From: Eledone cirrhosa
Taxonomy: Eukaryota
NCBI GenBank assembly: GCA_964016885.1
Contig: OZ024751.1
Coordinates: 8,370,001-8,434,000 of the forward strand
Direction of reading: 5' to 3'
Length of the DNA: 64,000 nt
The notes beneath the pieces are model-generated. The model did no database searches. It was not told the DNA's origin and saw only the letters and a program-made list of their open reading frames with translations. Below, in pieces: positions 29,110 to 42,155 of this stretch (the stretch's first letter is position 1; every line of letters begins with the position of its first letter). The position numbers were made by a program, and so were the translations under genes.

Positions 29110-30900
29110 TTGTTATACTTTGGGAGGGTCATAACCCAATAAGAAACACACGCACCAGAAGCTTTCACTTCAATTTATTATAAATTAAATTTATAAATTT
29201 AGGAATTTATATATTTCCGGTTGGTTGGTTGGTTGGTTCCACAACTAGACGATTGTTCATATATTGTCAAAGTTCTTTCGTCACACATTCAGAGACCTCT
29301 TCAGTGACTGGGGATTATTTTCTTTGTTTATGTGCCACTCCTTTGTTCTGTCCTAGGCAATCTTGTTTTTTTGTGTGTTGTGTGCTTAGTTTGCGCATGT
29401 GTTACATCCGGGTGTCTGTGTGTGTTTATATTTGTTTATTTATTTGTTTATTTATATGTTACTGGTTGGTTGTTCTATATGTGTGTGTGTTTTCATTTTG
29501 TCCTTAATTGTAAGCTGTGATGTTGCTATTCCATTCATGCTTTCTATTTAATTTTGGTTGCATTTCATTTATTTTTATTGCCTCTGTGATTTGTCTAAAC
29601 ATTGCGTCTTTTCTGTGTGTAGATTCTATTTTTATTTCTATGTTCTCAAATTTACCCTTATGTTCTATTTTAGCATGTTGGTAGAGCACAGATGATTCTT
29701 TACTATCTTGAAGCTCTCGCCAGTGTTCATTTATCCGTTCTCCTATACTACGAGCTGTCTCACCTATGTACACTATATTCTTATCTCTACATTGTCCTTC
29801 AGTACATCTTATGCTATATACTACATTTCTAGTTTTACAGTTAATATGGGGGCTAAATTTACAGATTATACATTTCTTATCTATACATGGAGGTCTTTGA
29901 AAAGGGTAAGTATTGCTAATATGTGTTTTTTGATGGAGGTATCTGGTCTTTCTACTATCTTAATATTGAGTTTATGTTTATCTAGGGCCCTTCTGAATTT
30001 GTAAACTAATTCACCTCTAGTGGTTGTATTGATGAACATTACACTCTGCTATTTATTGCTATCATACCATGAGTTTATTCTATTAACCTTATTCCTAGTT
30101 CTTTCTATTCTATTCCAAAATTTGCTCCTATACAAGGGGCAGGTCCCATTTGTATCATTATTTACCATTTTTTCACATTTGGTTCTGGCTCCTCTATATA
30201 CTCTGATCTTATCTCTCTGATTGTAACCAGAGAACTGCATACGGTGGATGAAGTGTTGTATGTGTCTCTCAAGTTCTTTGGGGGTGCACATGCATGACAC
30301 GTTTCACATCACCCGTAGCAAATCCGCAATCAGTATGTTGATTTTGGTGTGGTCCGAAACAGCTGAGTTTCGGTGGATCAGGAATTTGGAAGCCATGGGT
30401 TTGGCATAATGGGAATGGAGGATCTGTTTTTTGTTATTGATAGTATCTAACCAGAGCTCTGTGTCTAGTACAGGTAATCGAGAGTTGGGGTGTTTGCTTG
30501 GCTAGTCTATAGTAACTCTAATACTCTGGTGGATGGAGTTAGCTATTTGCTGGATGCTTTCCATGGTGTTTTTCTCTAATTCCTGACTGTTCTCTAGTGG
30601 GTGTGTTTTTACTACGATGTTTATATCATCAACGTAGCGGGAGTACATGATCAGGGTTAAGAGGTTGCTGTCTTCTAAATGTTCTTTAAGTTTAAGTCTA
30701 TTGTCCCACCATACCATGAATAGGTTAGCTATGTCACCTGCAATGCTAACACCAATGGCTGCTCATTCTCTTGGGCATATGTTTTTCCATTAAATTTGAA
30801 CATATGTTCCTTAAGGGTTAATTTTATACTGGCCCCCACCGCATGTGCAATAATTTTCTTCAGTGCATCGTGGCTTTCGGGGGTCCGTATGGCTCTGGTC
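29110..30900 (-). mobile_element. Penelope-like element: RT, GIY-YIG endonuclease and 3' UTR, frameshifted
   Basis: FKFNGKTYAQE, YSRYVDDI, LPVLDTELW...HYAKPMASKFLIH, SGYNQ, YIGETARSIGERINEH...RQITEAIKI...LNRKHEWN; ends at (TA)n 29093-29110. Confidence 0.9.
29266..29308 (-). ncRNA. Minimal hammerhead in the PLE 3' UTR
   Basis: Minus strand GTCA-CTGAAGA-GGTC...GAC-GAAA-GAAC-TT-TGAC; stem I GTCA/TGAC; ~200 nt downstream of the GIY-YIG stop. Confidence 0.7.
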
Positions 30901-31499
30901 ATAAACAGCAACTAAAACAACATCTACAGTAAAAATACTTACAACGACAACAGCAACAAACGACAACAACAGCAAAAACACAGACCAGCGTCGTGTATAC
31001 AGGTCGTAGTCGTCGCAGTGACGGTACCAACCTGTTCGCCGTAAATAGCGATAAGGCCAAAGCAATAAAAAGGAGTTTAGAGGTTGGTGGGTACACATAG
31101 TTGGTGGTATCTATCAGCATGACCATAAGCAGTAAAAACAACAATGGCAACGGCAACAAGCACCAACATCGCCCATCACGCACCCCGTTCATCGCAGTAG
31201 TGGTGGTATCATCTATGTCAGTATTAAGCCATTGGTAACACCAATAACAACAACAACACCAGCGATGACCCCACCACGGCGACCGCGGCAACAGGAAAAA
31301 AGCCACGTTTCCATGAATGTTAAAATAACCACAATAGTAGTCCGATGAAACCAGGAAGTGAAAATGGGATAGAAACATAGATGGGTATTTATATATATAA
31401 AAAACATTCCCAGTTAATACAATCCGTCCTCTATCATTGTAAGACACAAGGCCAGCAATGATCATAGCATTCAGTCCCAGCTACAGTGGCAACAATACT

Positions 31500-33435
31500 A
31501 TCAAAAGGGCTGTTAGGCTATGGAAGAGAGTTACGGGAAGCGAAATTAGGAACAGGAACAAATAGAAGAAACGAGAACACATATAGAGAACACAATAAAA
31601 AAAGAACGGGACAAAATACATAAAAAAACAACAGTAAATATATAAACAGAGGAATATGGTACAAAGGACAATAAACAAGTACACATAGAGACTCCAGGTG
31701 TGCAAACATGATATCTGAGGTTCGTCTGACCCTGGGGTTGCCACGTGGCCATGCCCGGCTTCCACGGACAAGTTTGCAAAAGTCTTCAACTAGCACCACT
31801 ACTTTGCTAGTCTGTACAGTTTGAGGAATTTTGCAGAAGATCTGTGGAGGCAGATGCTGAAAAGGTTACACCTTTTATTGATAACTTGAGCTACCCTCTC
31901 GATTATTTCCATAATCTCGGTGACACACAAATTGCACGAGTCATGTCCACCCTCTCTGTAGGCTTGGGCCGATGCTACCTTGGACCACGACAAGGTGAAT
32001 CTAGGTTATCTTGTTTGAGACGCAACGCTAGTTCCGAAAGGGTGGTGCTGTGTTTCTTATCAGCACTCTTAAAGGTGTGGCATTACAGTACAAGAATTCC
32101 TTAAACTTATTAGCCGTGGCTTCGATATAGGTGAAGGTATGGTTGTTAGTATTCATCCTACATTCATATACTAAGCTACTGCCGAGGCACCTACCCTCCA
32201 GATGGCAACTAACGGGGTTTCTACAATTACAGCCGGAGGGGTGTTGGCGGCTGTATCACCGGAACGCGTTGTATTATTCCCCGGTCTTTTACGGTCCAAG
32301 ATGTTACCAATAGAGGAAGAGGTATTTGCGTGGTGCGTCTCCTCAGGGTTGCCGTCTCCCCTGGAGTTGTGGACGTTTTTTTAATCTCCTGCGGTTCAAG
32401 GCTTCTATATTTTGTGTTAGGTTTCCAGTTGTGGAGTAGGACAATTTAATCGTGTGCCTGTTGAAGATGCATGGTATCAGTGTTGCTACGGAAGTGCTTA
32501 TCCAAAGCCCTGAAGAAAGAGGCCGCTATGTTGTTGCGTAAAACGGCACAGAAGGGAGGGGGGTTTAAACCAGATGATATTACGGGAAATAGTTCGCTTC
32601 TTGTTGTAGTCACCAGTCTCTGTTCCCTTTCCGTCAGAGTATCTGTTATGTATTCGCTGTGGACGTCTGGAATACCCCAAATCGTCGCTGCCCGTGGGGT
32701 TGGTTACGCCGATCGGAGCACCCCGAGCTGAGTGGTCCCCGCTCATAGCGAGGGTGGCGGTTTGTCCCTTCCACGCTCACTCCCGGGCCCACACAGGTCT
32801 CCCGCAACTCCACCACGTCGGCTTCACTGCTTTCCAAAGTAGGCGAGGTCTGGTCCCTTCCTGATAAGCCATGGTTAGCAGTCCCTCCAGGATTACTCTG
32901 TAGTGTGGTATAAAGGATGAGTAATGAAGTCCTAGTCGTGTTGGTCCCGTCGTTGATTCCTACTGATGTGTTACGGTCACTGGTACCGTAATTCATTAGT
33001 CTTGGTATAAACGTTATTCCTTCCTTGTACCCAGCATTACTAAGGGCATTATTATTGGCAGTATCGGTAGAGAGTCGGACGCCATGCTTTCCAGCATAGT
33101 TACGTCCCTTTACGGTCTGAGTTCAAATCCCGCCGAGGTTAACTTTGCCTTTCATCCTTACGGGGTCGATAAAATAAAGTACCAGTAATGTACTGGTAAA
33201 TTGATGGCCTTGTGCCAAAAGTAGAAACAATTATTTTAGTAGCTAACTACGCTATTGAAAGTTTCCTCGCTAGCTGACAGAGAAGAAATCCAACGGGATA
33301 CGCTTTTAACTATGGCCCTCCTGACTGACTCGGGATGGTTGGAGTTGGCATTCACGTACTTGAGGCACTCGTTCGGCTTGTGGTACGAGTAGTAGAGACC
33401 AGATTCTAGATTGAGGGTAACATCTAGGAAGTAGT
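31500..33435 (-). mobile_element. 5'-truncated Penelope-like element (RT thumb, long linker, GIY-YIG), split by a SINE
   Basis: FLDVTLNLESGLYYSYHKPN...YVNANSNHP...ISSLS (33240-33435), then NNALSNAGY beyond the SINE, RNIIWFKPP, and MSWSKV..A.AY...CNLCVTE...NKR...CLH. Confidence 0.9.
33055..33232 (+). mobile_element. OK-like SINE inserted in the PLE ORF
   Basis: Full SINE body; the PLE reading frame resumes on the other side. Confidence 0.9.
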
Positions 33436-33931
33436 CTACTTTCTATTATTTTCTATGTCTATGCATGTGTATGTACGTATATGGATGCGTGGATGTATAT
33501 ATTTAATTATTGTTGATTTCAATAAACTCTGTAATTTATTTACATTTTTCTTAACTCTAAAGCCGAGAATCATTCGGTTACCTAAATAGCGTTTTAGTCT
33601 ACGACTTCAGTTTGGCCATAAACGTGGTTTGGTCTTGGGCTGTAATTGAGCTCCCATTCAACATAATGACGTATTATCTTGGTTTTTTTTCGTTCATTGG
33701 CAGGGAACGTCTCCACGAACCAAAGTATCGTCTTCCTGTCTTCCTTTGGTTGGAACACAGATTGATTTTTTTTAGTTTCAGAAGATCCCGTTGAGTGTGG
33801 AAGCAGCGATACTTTGCGTAAACTTTAATCTGTTATTTTAATACATATTTGCTCTACGGTTGTTATATCTTTGATATATATTTTTCCTTATCGAGCCCTC
33901 TATGGATTTTAGTCTTCAAATTTATTATTAT

Positions 33932-33977
<46 letters not shown>

Positions 33978-34096
33978 GTGTATATATATATATATATATT
34001 TGCATATCAATATGCAATTATGCACGTCTAATTCTAATCTGAAATATGATTTGTCTGCAAGCGCAATGAAAGCAGGCACACAGACACACACACATG

Positions 34097-34131
<35 letters not shown>

Positions 34132-34201
34132 ACACACACACTCACACACACACAAACACATACACATACACACCCACACACACACACACAGAGACACACA
34201 C

Positions 34202-34263
<62 letters not shown>

Positions 34264-34711
34264 CTGTATGTACCTATGTATATGTTTCTTTGTGAGAGCA
34301 AGTATGTGTATACACTTTTTATAGGCATACAATGTAAAGTTTCTATCTTCTATCTTGCTTATCTTCCCCTCAGTGCGTGTAAGAGATTTATGATATATCA
34401 CAGTTTACATATATATTAAAATTGAAACAGTAATATATACGTTGCTGGATACGAAGAAAATTATAGTTATCAAACCAACGTTTGTCTGCTTCATACACAC
34501 ACATAGCTAAAAACATACACACACAGACACATACACGCATACACACCTGCACTAACATGCACTGATTTACACTCACACTGATTCAAAAAGATAGTATGTG
34601 ATACACTTATAAATATTCATATTACATTAAATATTGATGCTGAAGAACTGTATTCTAGGAGGTTTTTATGACTATGATTAATATATACATACATACACAC
34701 ATATACACACG

Positions 34712-34750
<39 letters not shown>

Positions 34751-34821
34751 GTAAATATATATATAAAGCTATATATATACATATGTGTATATATATATAT
34801 ATTATTATTATTATATATATG

Positions 34822-35003
34822 GGGTGGTGGATTGGCAGTATCGGTAGAGGGTCGGACGCCATGCTTTCCAGCATAGTTACTTCCCTTTACGATCTGAGTT
34901 CAAATCCGAGGTTGACTTTGTTTTTCATCCTTACGGGGTCGATAAAATAAAGTACCAGTAATGCACTGGATAATTTGCTGGCCTTGTGCCTAAAGTAGAA
35001 ACA
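34822..35003 (+). mobile_element. OK-like SINE
   Basis: A and B boxes; TSD ATTATTATTATATATATG (34804-34821 / 35004-35021). Confidence 0.9.
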
Positions 35004-35096
35004 ATTATTATTATATATATGTATATATATATATATATATATACATATGTCTATAAATACATATAATATTAATAAATATCTATATATAAATATAAA

Positions 35097-35134
<38 letters not shown>

Positions 35135-35428
35135 ATATATATACATGTAAATATAAATAAAGAAATAAATGTATATATATAATACATATATATATATATA
35201 CATATAGGAAAAAGTATGACCCCATGGCAGAGATCAAGCCGTTTCGACGGCTACTTCTGGAATAAATTAGAATATATATGTATGTATATATAAATACATA
35301 TAATATTAATAAATATATATATATATGTATATATATATATCTATTTATATATATGTACATATATACATATATATAAATAGATATATATATATACATATAT
35401 ATATATACATGTAAATATGAATAAATAA

Positions 35429-35460
<32 letters not shown>

Positions 35461-37888
35461 GGAACGAGTAGGCCCCCGACGGTTGAGCTCAAGCCATTTC
35501 GAAGGCTAATTCTTGACTAAATGAACATTTTTATCCTAGTGAATGAATAGCCGAACTTCTCAGGGGGTAATTCCATATATGGTAAAAGTAATTGTCACAA
35601 GGATTGGTCAAAAGTTTGTTGTTGAGACACATGATTCTATCATGGCATTTTGTGGAAGGTAGGGTAGGTGAACTTGCCAGTAGAAGAAAGAGGGAGAGGG
35701 AGTGGATAAAACCCAGTCGTGCGTTGAAAGTGACAACTACAGCAGAATCCTAAGGTCAAGAGGTCGAGAGAAGTATACTAGACAGGGGGAGAGGGGAGGA
35801 AGTCGAAACAATAAGTAAATCTATATGGAGTAAATATATAGAAACATATAAAAAATATAAAAAATATAAAAACACACAATTTCTGGTTACTATTCCCCTT
35901 CCACAATCATCAAATCTCTCACTGGTACTGCTAACCTATAAACAGTTTAATAGGTGGGACGGAATAGTAAATACGAGATTGTAGTGAAAGAATTTTATGA
36001 GTTAGTAGTAATCGGCCAAATCTATCTTACTATGACAGGTCAACAAGTATGGGGCCAAAATACTAAAAAAAAACTAATACGAAATGATAATTCAGAGACC
36101 CGAAACTAATACGAAATATTTATTCAGAGTCCCGAAAATGAATACTAATACGATATATAAGAGTACTGCTACAATACATAAATTCTAATACAAACTAGGA
36201 TGGACGTTACCCTTGACCTCGATAATGATCTGTACTACCCATACAGGAAACCAAACGACAACCTGCACTACATCCACCGCCGGTCAAACCCTCCTAGAAA
36301 CATCACCAATAACCTGGTTAAAAACATCTCCCTCCACATATCTCGTTTGTCCGCTAATGAGCAGATATTCGAGGAACATGCGCCTTATTACAACCAGGCC
36401 CTCAAGCGGAGTGGCTTCCGGGAGGAAATATCCTACTGCCCAGTTTCCATTAGCGGAACCAGAAGGCGACACCGCCGCTCACGCAACGTAACATGCTTCA
36501 ATCCTCCCCCACAACGCCGAGGTGACAACTCCTATCGGGAAAATCTTATTTAGGCTCATCGAAAAACACTTCCCACTACAACACCGCTACCACAACATAA
36601 TCAACAATAATGAAGAAATAACCTAGATAGCAGTGGAGAGCCGACCAGGAGGTGTAACTGTCCTAACGGATCCATTTGTCCCCTCGACAACAGATGCAGA
36701 GATCGTAATGTGATCTACCAGTGCAACGTGAGGACGGACACCTACAACAAAGCTTATATAGGATTAACCGCTTGTGACTTCAAGACCCGGCTATACCAAC
36801 ACAGACATACTTTCCGAAACCAGGCCCGGCGTCACGCCACTACACTTTCGGGCCACATCTGGGACCTCAAAGATACCAATATAACCTATAATCTCACTTG
36901 GAGCTTACTGTCCAGAACCAACTCTTACACGGGAGGACGTCGTCCGTGTAACCTATGCTCGGAGGAAACATTACACATGCTGTTTTCGACGGACCAACTC
37001 CTAAACGAGAAAGACGAACTGGTAATTGCATGCAAACACATATTGCATAGGACTTACCTCGACCTCAAACCCTATTATGACCCGTGGGGGTAGACAAGGG
37101 CTGTAACACCCCACATGCCGACTTTGTAATGGGTAACCCCTGCTTACAAAGGTAGACGTAAGATTTTCTTATATATTTTTTAACGTTTCCTCCATATTTC
37201 CTTCTTTCCCCATCCCTTCCTAGTCCTTTCACTTAGGATCTCCTTCTTTGTCGTCGTTCTTTTCACCTTCTCGCCCACCCCGAGGTAGCCCTTCGGTCCT
37301 CTGTAGCCTCAGTACCCCCCCCCCACCTATTATATGATATAATTGGCCGATTCCGCTTTTTATAGCAGATGTGCTAGACCCCAGATACTTGCTTTCTTAT
37401 CTGATTGCTGCCCCATTTCCGTGATTTCTAGATTTCTTAGTGGTATCTCTGCTTTAGTTTCTCGTATATCAGTATTTATATTTTTCGGGGGGGATTCTGA
37501 ATTAAGTTTTCCTATTAAATTTTCCGTATTAGTTTTTCATATATATCGTACGAGCATTTATGTAGTTTGTATTATAATTTATGTATTGTAGCAGTATTCT
37601 TATATATCGTATTAGTATTCATTTTCGGGATTCTGAATTAATATTTCGTATTAGTTTCGGGTCTCTGAATTATTATTTCGTATTAGTTTTTTTTTAATAT
37701 TTTGGCCCCCCTACTTGTTGACCTGTCATTGTAAGATAGATTTGGCCGATTACTACTAACTCATAAAATTATTTCACTACATTATCGTATTTGGTATTAC
37801 GTCCCACCTATTAAACTTTTCCATAGTTTAGCAGTACCAGTGAGAGATTTGATGATTGTGGAAGGGGAATAGTAACCAGAAATTGTGT

Positions 37889-37975
37889 TTTTTTATATTT
37901 TTTATATTTTTTATATTTTTTATATTTTTTATATTTTTTATATTTTTTATATTTTTTATATTTTTTATATTTTTC
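37889..37975. repeat. 9-bp tandem repeat (TTTTTTATA)n in the right pLTR arm
   Basis: About 9 copies here versus about 3 in the mirror arm (~35846-35872). Confidence 0.9.
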
Positions 37976-38247
37976 TATATATTTACTCCATATAGATTTA
38001 CTTATTGTTTCGCCTTCCTCCCCCTCCCCCTCTCTAGTATACTTCTCTCGACCTCTTTTCCTTAGGATTCTGCTGTAGTTGTCACTTTCAATGTACGATT
38101 GGGTTTTTTCCGCTCCCTCTCCCTCTTTCTTCTACTGGCAAGTTCCGCTACGCCTACATTCCACAAAATGCCATGATAGAATCATGTGTCTCAACAACAA
38201 ACTTTTGACCAATCCTTGTGAAAATCACTTTTACCATATATGGAATT

Positions 38248-38343
38248 ACCCCCTGAGAATTTCGGCTATTCATTCACCAAGATAAAAATTGTCATTTAGT
38301 CCAGAATTAGCCTTCGAAACGGCTAGAGCTCCGCCGTCGGGGT
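38248..38343 (+). ncRNA. Hammerhead-like motif in the pLTR (mirror copy ~35472-35567 on minus)
   Basis: ACCCC-CTGAGA-[GGCTATTC...GAATTAGCC]-TTC-GAAA-CGGC-TAGAGCTCC-GCCG-TC-GGGGT; stems I and III pair fully; the core lacks one nucleotide of CUGANGA. Confidence 0.65.
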
Positions 38344-38594
38344 CCTACTCGTTCCTATTACCCACTCTACTACCCTAAGTATTGAGAACTTTGGTGCGTT
38401 ATGGTCCATCTGGATCCTTTCCACATTTCCTTCGTTATATATATATACAAAACCTGACAAAGGGCGGAGAAACTCATAAGAGTCAACGGCCATCCAAAAA
38501 TGTGTAAATATGTATATATACACATGTACATATGTATGTGTATGTATATGCGTGTGCATATGCCTGGCGTGTCAGGGAGAGGCATATACCTATG

Positions 38595-39222
38595 TATGGG
38601 GGGGGAGGATAGCCATGCCCTTTTCAGGACAGCTCGTCCTGCATTGGGTCCCACCTGAGAGACAGGTCTCCCCTGTGGCCACAAGAAGCTGTAGCATGCG
38701 ACAGCGGCCACAACCCGGTAAACCGCTTTGGCTGGCGGGCCAAACTAGGTTGAGGATAACCGGACCATTCTGAAACCCCCCGGTGAGTTAGATATGGGAT
38801 GTCACTCCTGCATGCGAAGATTGGACCCGGCGCAGTGAGTGGAGGAGGACAACATCGTCCCAATGGTCACGAAGGCAGCGACAGCAAGCGGTGTGGAGCG
38901 CTAGGGCACAGCAAGGCACTACAGACGTCGTGGCCATCGACAGCAGCCAAGGAAATTCCTGGTCTTGACGGTCCTCCGTACCACCGGAATCTGGCTTCTG
39001 CGGCCGAGGAGTGAGTGGGACCGTTACTGTTCAGTGGCCCTCCCACTATAAACCTTTCCCGCACAGGTTTTTCTTTAGCGTGACGCCGGTCTCTTCACCT
39101 ACCCTCACTGTCCCCGGACCTGCAAATCAAGAATCGGCCTCCATAACCACCTTCGCGCCCACGGCAGACGGGAACAACAATGAAGAAGATGTCATCATCG
39201 TTTATGATGGACAACCAAGAAG
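38595..39222 (+). mobile_element. Bipartite non-autonomous RTE element (5' UTR fused to the extreme 3' end)
   Basis: GC-rich 5' part resembling RTE/BovB 5' UTRs, then the terminal finger HCPRTCKSRIGLHNHLRAH and the tail GATGGACAACCAAGAAGA, with no endonuclease or RT between them. Confidence 0.7.
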
Positions 39223-40122
39223 ATGTATACTTGTGAGTGTTGGTGTGTTAATGTGTGTCTGAGAGTGAGTGTTCGTATATACACAAACACAGTCATATAT
39301 ATACATATGCTTCTATATATATGGTTCTATATGATTAATCTACATGTACGCTTATTTTGTCGTTCAAATATATTTAAATTGAGAAAGGAAACCCAACGTT
39401 TGCTGCCTTTTGAACGATAGAAAGTCCAGTTATTCGTATTCTCTAATATTACTAAATGTTGGTAGAGGAATGCAGATTACTAAGCTAAAAAATGTTTCCG
39501 AGATCATTATCATCATTTTTCTCTGAAACTTAACACTCTCAATTCGTATGTTTCTGTCATGATTGAACTTTTCATTTTCTAAACTTTCAACTAAATTTCG
39601 TAATACATTTGAATTGTTGTCATTATATATGACGACCTTGAATAAAACCTTTCCCCGGAACCAGGGTTATATAACCGATACTAAACCGAAGTAAAATGAT
39701 CTGTTGTTTTCTATAGAACGACATTTATTATAACATCTTCTGCTCTCTATTCAGAGGAAAACTTCGGTATTTTCCTGTTCTACCTTTGGGATTTCATTTA
39801 TCTCAAATTAGTCAACTGTAAAGAAATTTAATAAGTGGGATTTGTATCGTTTCTCTTGTGTAGGATTTTTTAAAGCGTTTCACACACTCATATTTGATAC
39901 AATACAATATATACAAAACTACATGTGATAATTGTTCATTCTTAACTAGAATAGCTAGAGTTTGCAAGAAATATGATTATTATTACTAGCATGTAAATAG
40001 CCAGAAACACTAGAGTTGTCAAGAATTCGTTTAAAGAAGCCTTATGAGTGCAAATTTGATGACAGGATCTGTGGAAACCCGTGGTTTATGTATTTATCTC
40101 ACTGCCCCTGTCTCTCTCTCTC

Positions 40123-40177
<55 letters not shown>

Positions 40178-40301
40178 ATATATATATATATCATATGTAT
40201 GTTTGTATGTCTTCGTTTGTGTGTGCACATGTGTGCTTGTGTCTCCTTTTATATAATCAACATACATACATTGAATTCAATTTTCATTATCTCATAGCAT
40301 T

Positions 40302-40338
<37 letters not shown>

Positions 40339-41657
40339 AAAATGGAACGGGAACAAAACAGAGAGGCAGTACGAACAAAGATTTATTAGTTTCACGCTCT
40401 TGAGTGAATATATATATTCATACATGTACAGACACATACGCATGTGCGCACACACACACAAACCTATATATTAAACATATATACACTCGCTGTCTCAATT
40501 TATACGCACAATTGTCTTTCCTTCATAAAATACGTTCGGCCTGAATTCACTTATACAATGTTAGTGCGGACGAGATATATTCTAAAATAATATTAATTTT
40601 CCTTTTCATCGAAAACTATTTCGTTTCAATATTTATGTTTTTAATAAAAATCACTTAGTATTACGTGTAGGAATGTGTATTTCTGTATGCCTCTATGTCT
40701 ATCTGCGTATGCGGATATAAGTTCCTGCATTTCATAGTTATGTGTATTAATATAGGTATATGTATTTCAATTTCATCACTATCGCGTCTAACATCTCTTA
40801 ACATATTCTCTTTCTCTCCATGAGTTCTCACATAAAGCGTTTAATATTTATTCATATATACATATATATACTTATATACTTACACACACACACACACACC
40901 TATATATATACACATATTTATTTTTTATATGTAAATATATATATATATATATATTCCGAGCTCACATAATCGCAGACTCTGTCTCATCCATCAACTTACA
41001 TACACTTTAGATATATACATTTTTTTTTTATATATCTATTTTATATTGTTCATATGCAATCGCGATTTACTTTTAAAATTACATTATTGTCAATTTAAAT
41101 CACCTAAGTTTATATTTAAATCATCATATTGCTCTATTTTCTTGTTTAATGAGAAAAAATAACTATTTCTTTAAAACCCTATTTCAGTATCTTGGTAAGG
41201 CATTTTAATAACAAAAAAGTTCATATATATATAATAATAATTTCATTTCACTCTACGAATAACTTTTTGACGTTTCATAATATATTTGCATTATGTATCT
41301 AACTTTTATATCCATGAATAACTTCTAAAGGTTTTATAAAAGACTGATGGCGTTTAATGACAGTTTTTTTTTATCCTATCACAGAACAGACACATACGAA
41401 GCGTTCTTTTGATTTATGTTGTATCTATCAATACATCTTATGCAAGTAATTCCAATATCCTTTATAAAAAAAGAATAGTATACACTGATATATATATATA
41501 TACATGTGTGGGTGTGTGTGTCGATGTGTGTGTGCGCGTGTTTGTGTGTGTGTGTGCGTAGCGAGAGAGAGAGGGAGGGAAAGAAAGTAAAACAGTAAAA
41601 GAAAGGGTGATAGAGATACGGAGTATTATTATTATTATGTACGTACATGTATGTATG

Positions 41658-41701
<44 letters not shown>

Positions 41702-41970
41702 TATTTATTTTACATAAAATGTTATGTTCTTTTAAATGTACGTATCTCTCGCAACAGTGACGTGGAGAGACAGAGATTCAGAGAGGCTGAGAGGCAGACA
41801 GAGTACAATAACTGTATATGAAAGTCCACCTCACCCTCATTTCTCTATACACATGTGCTCTATCTCTTTGATGATAGTGTTGTACTTTTATACATATCTA
41901 CTATTATATATTCCTGTAAACCAATCGTCTACCCGTACTTGTTTTGCCGATATCTTCATAATATATTAAT

Positions 41971-42155
41971 TGTTTCTACTTTTGGCACAAGGCCAGCAAT
42001 TACCCAGTGCATTACTGGTACTTTATTTTATCGACCCCGTAAGGATGAAAGGCAAAGTCAACCTCGGCGGGATTTGAACTCAGATCGTAAAGGGACGTAA
42101 CTATGCTGGAAAGCATGGCGTCCGACCCTCTACCGATACTGCCAATCCACCGCCT
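41971..42155 (-). mobile_element. Young full-length OK-like SINE
   Basis: Near-consensus sequence; 18-bp TSD TCTTCATAATATATTAAT (41953-41970 / 42156-42173). Confidence 0.95.

Larger units (their letters stand above)
35458..38358 (+). mobile_element. 5'-truncated Penelope-like element with inverted pseudo-LTRs
   Basis: Arms 35458-36198 and 37563-38358 are reverse complements. Between them: DVTLDL...YYPYRKPND...SNPP...ISRLSANE...ALKRSGF (36200-36553) and GIY-YIG IYQCNV...AYIGLT...TLSGHIW...CNLCSEE (36710-37093). Confidence 0.93.
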
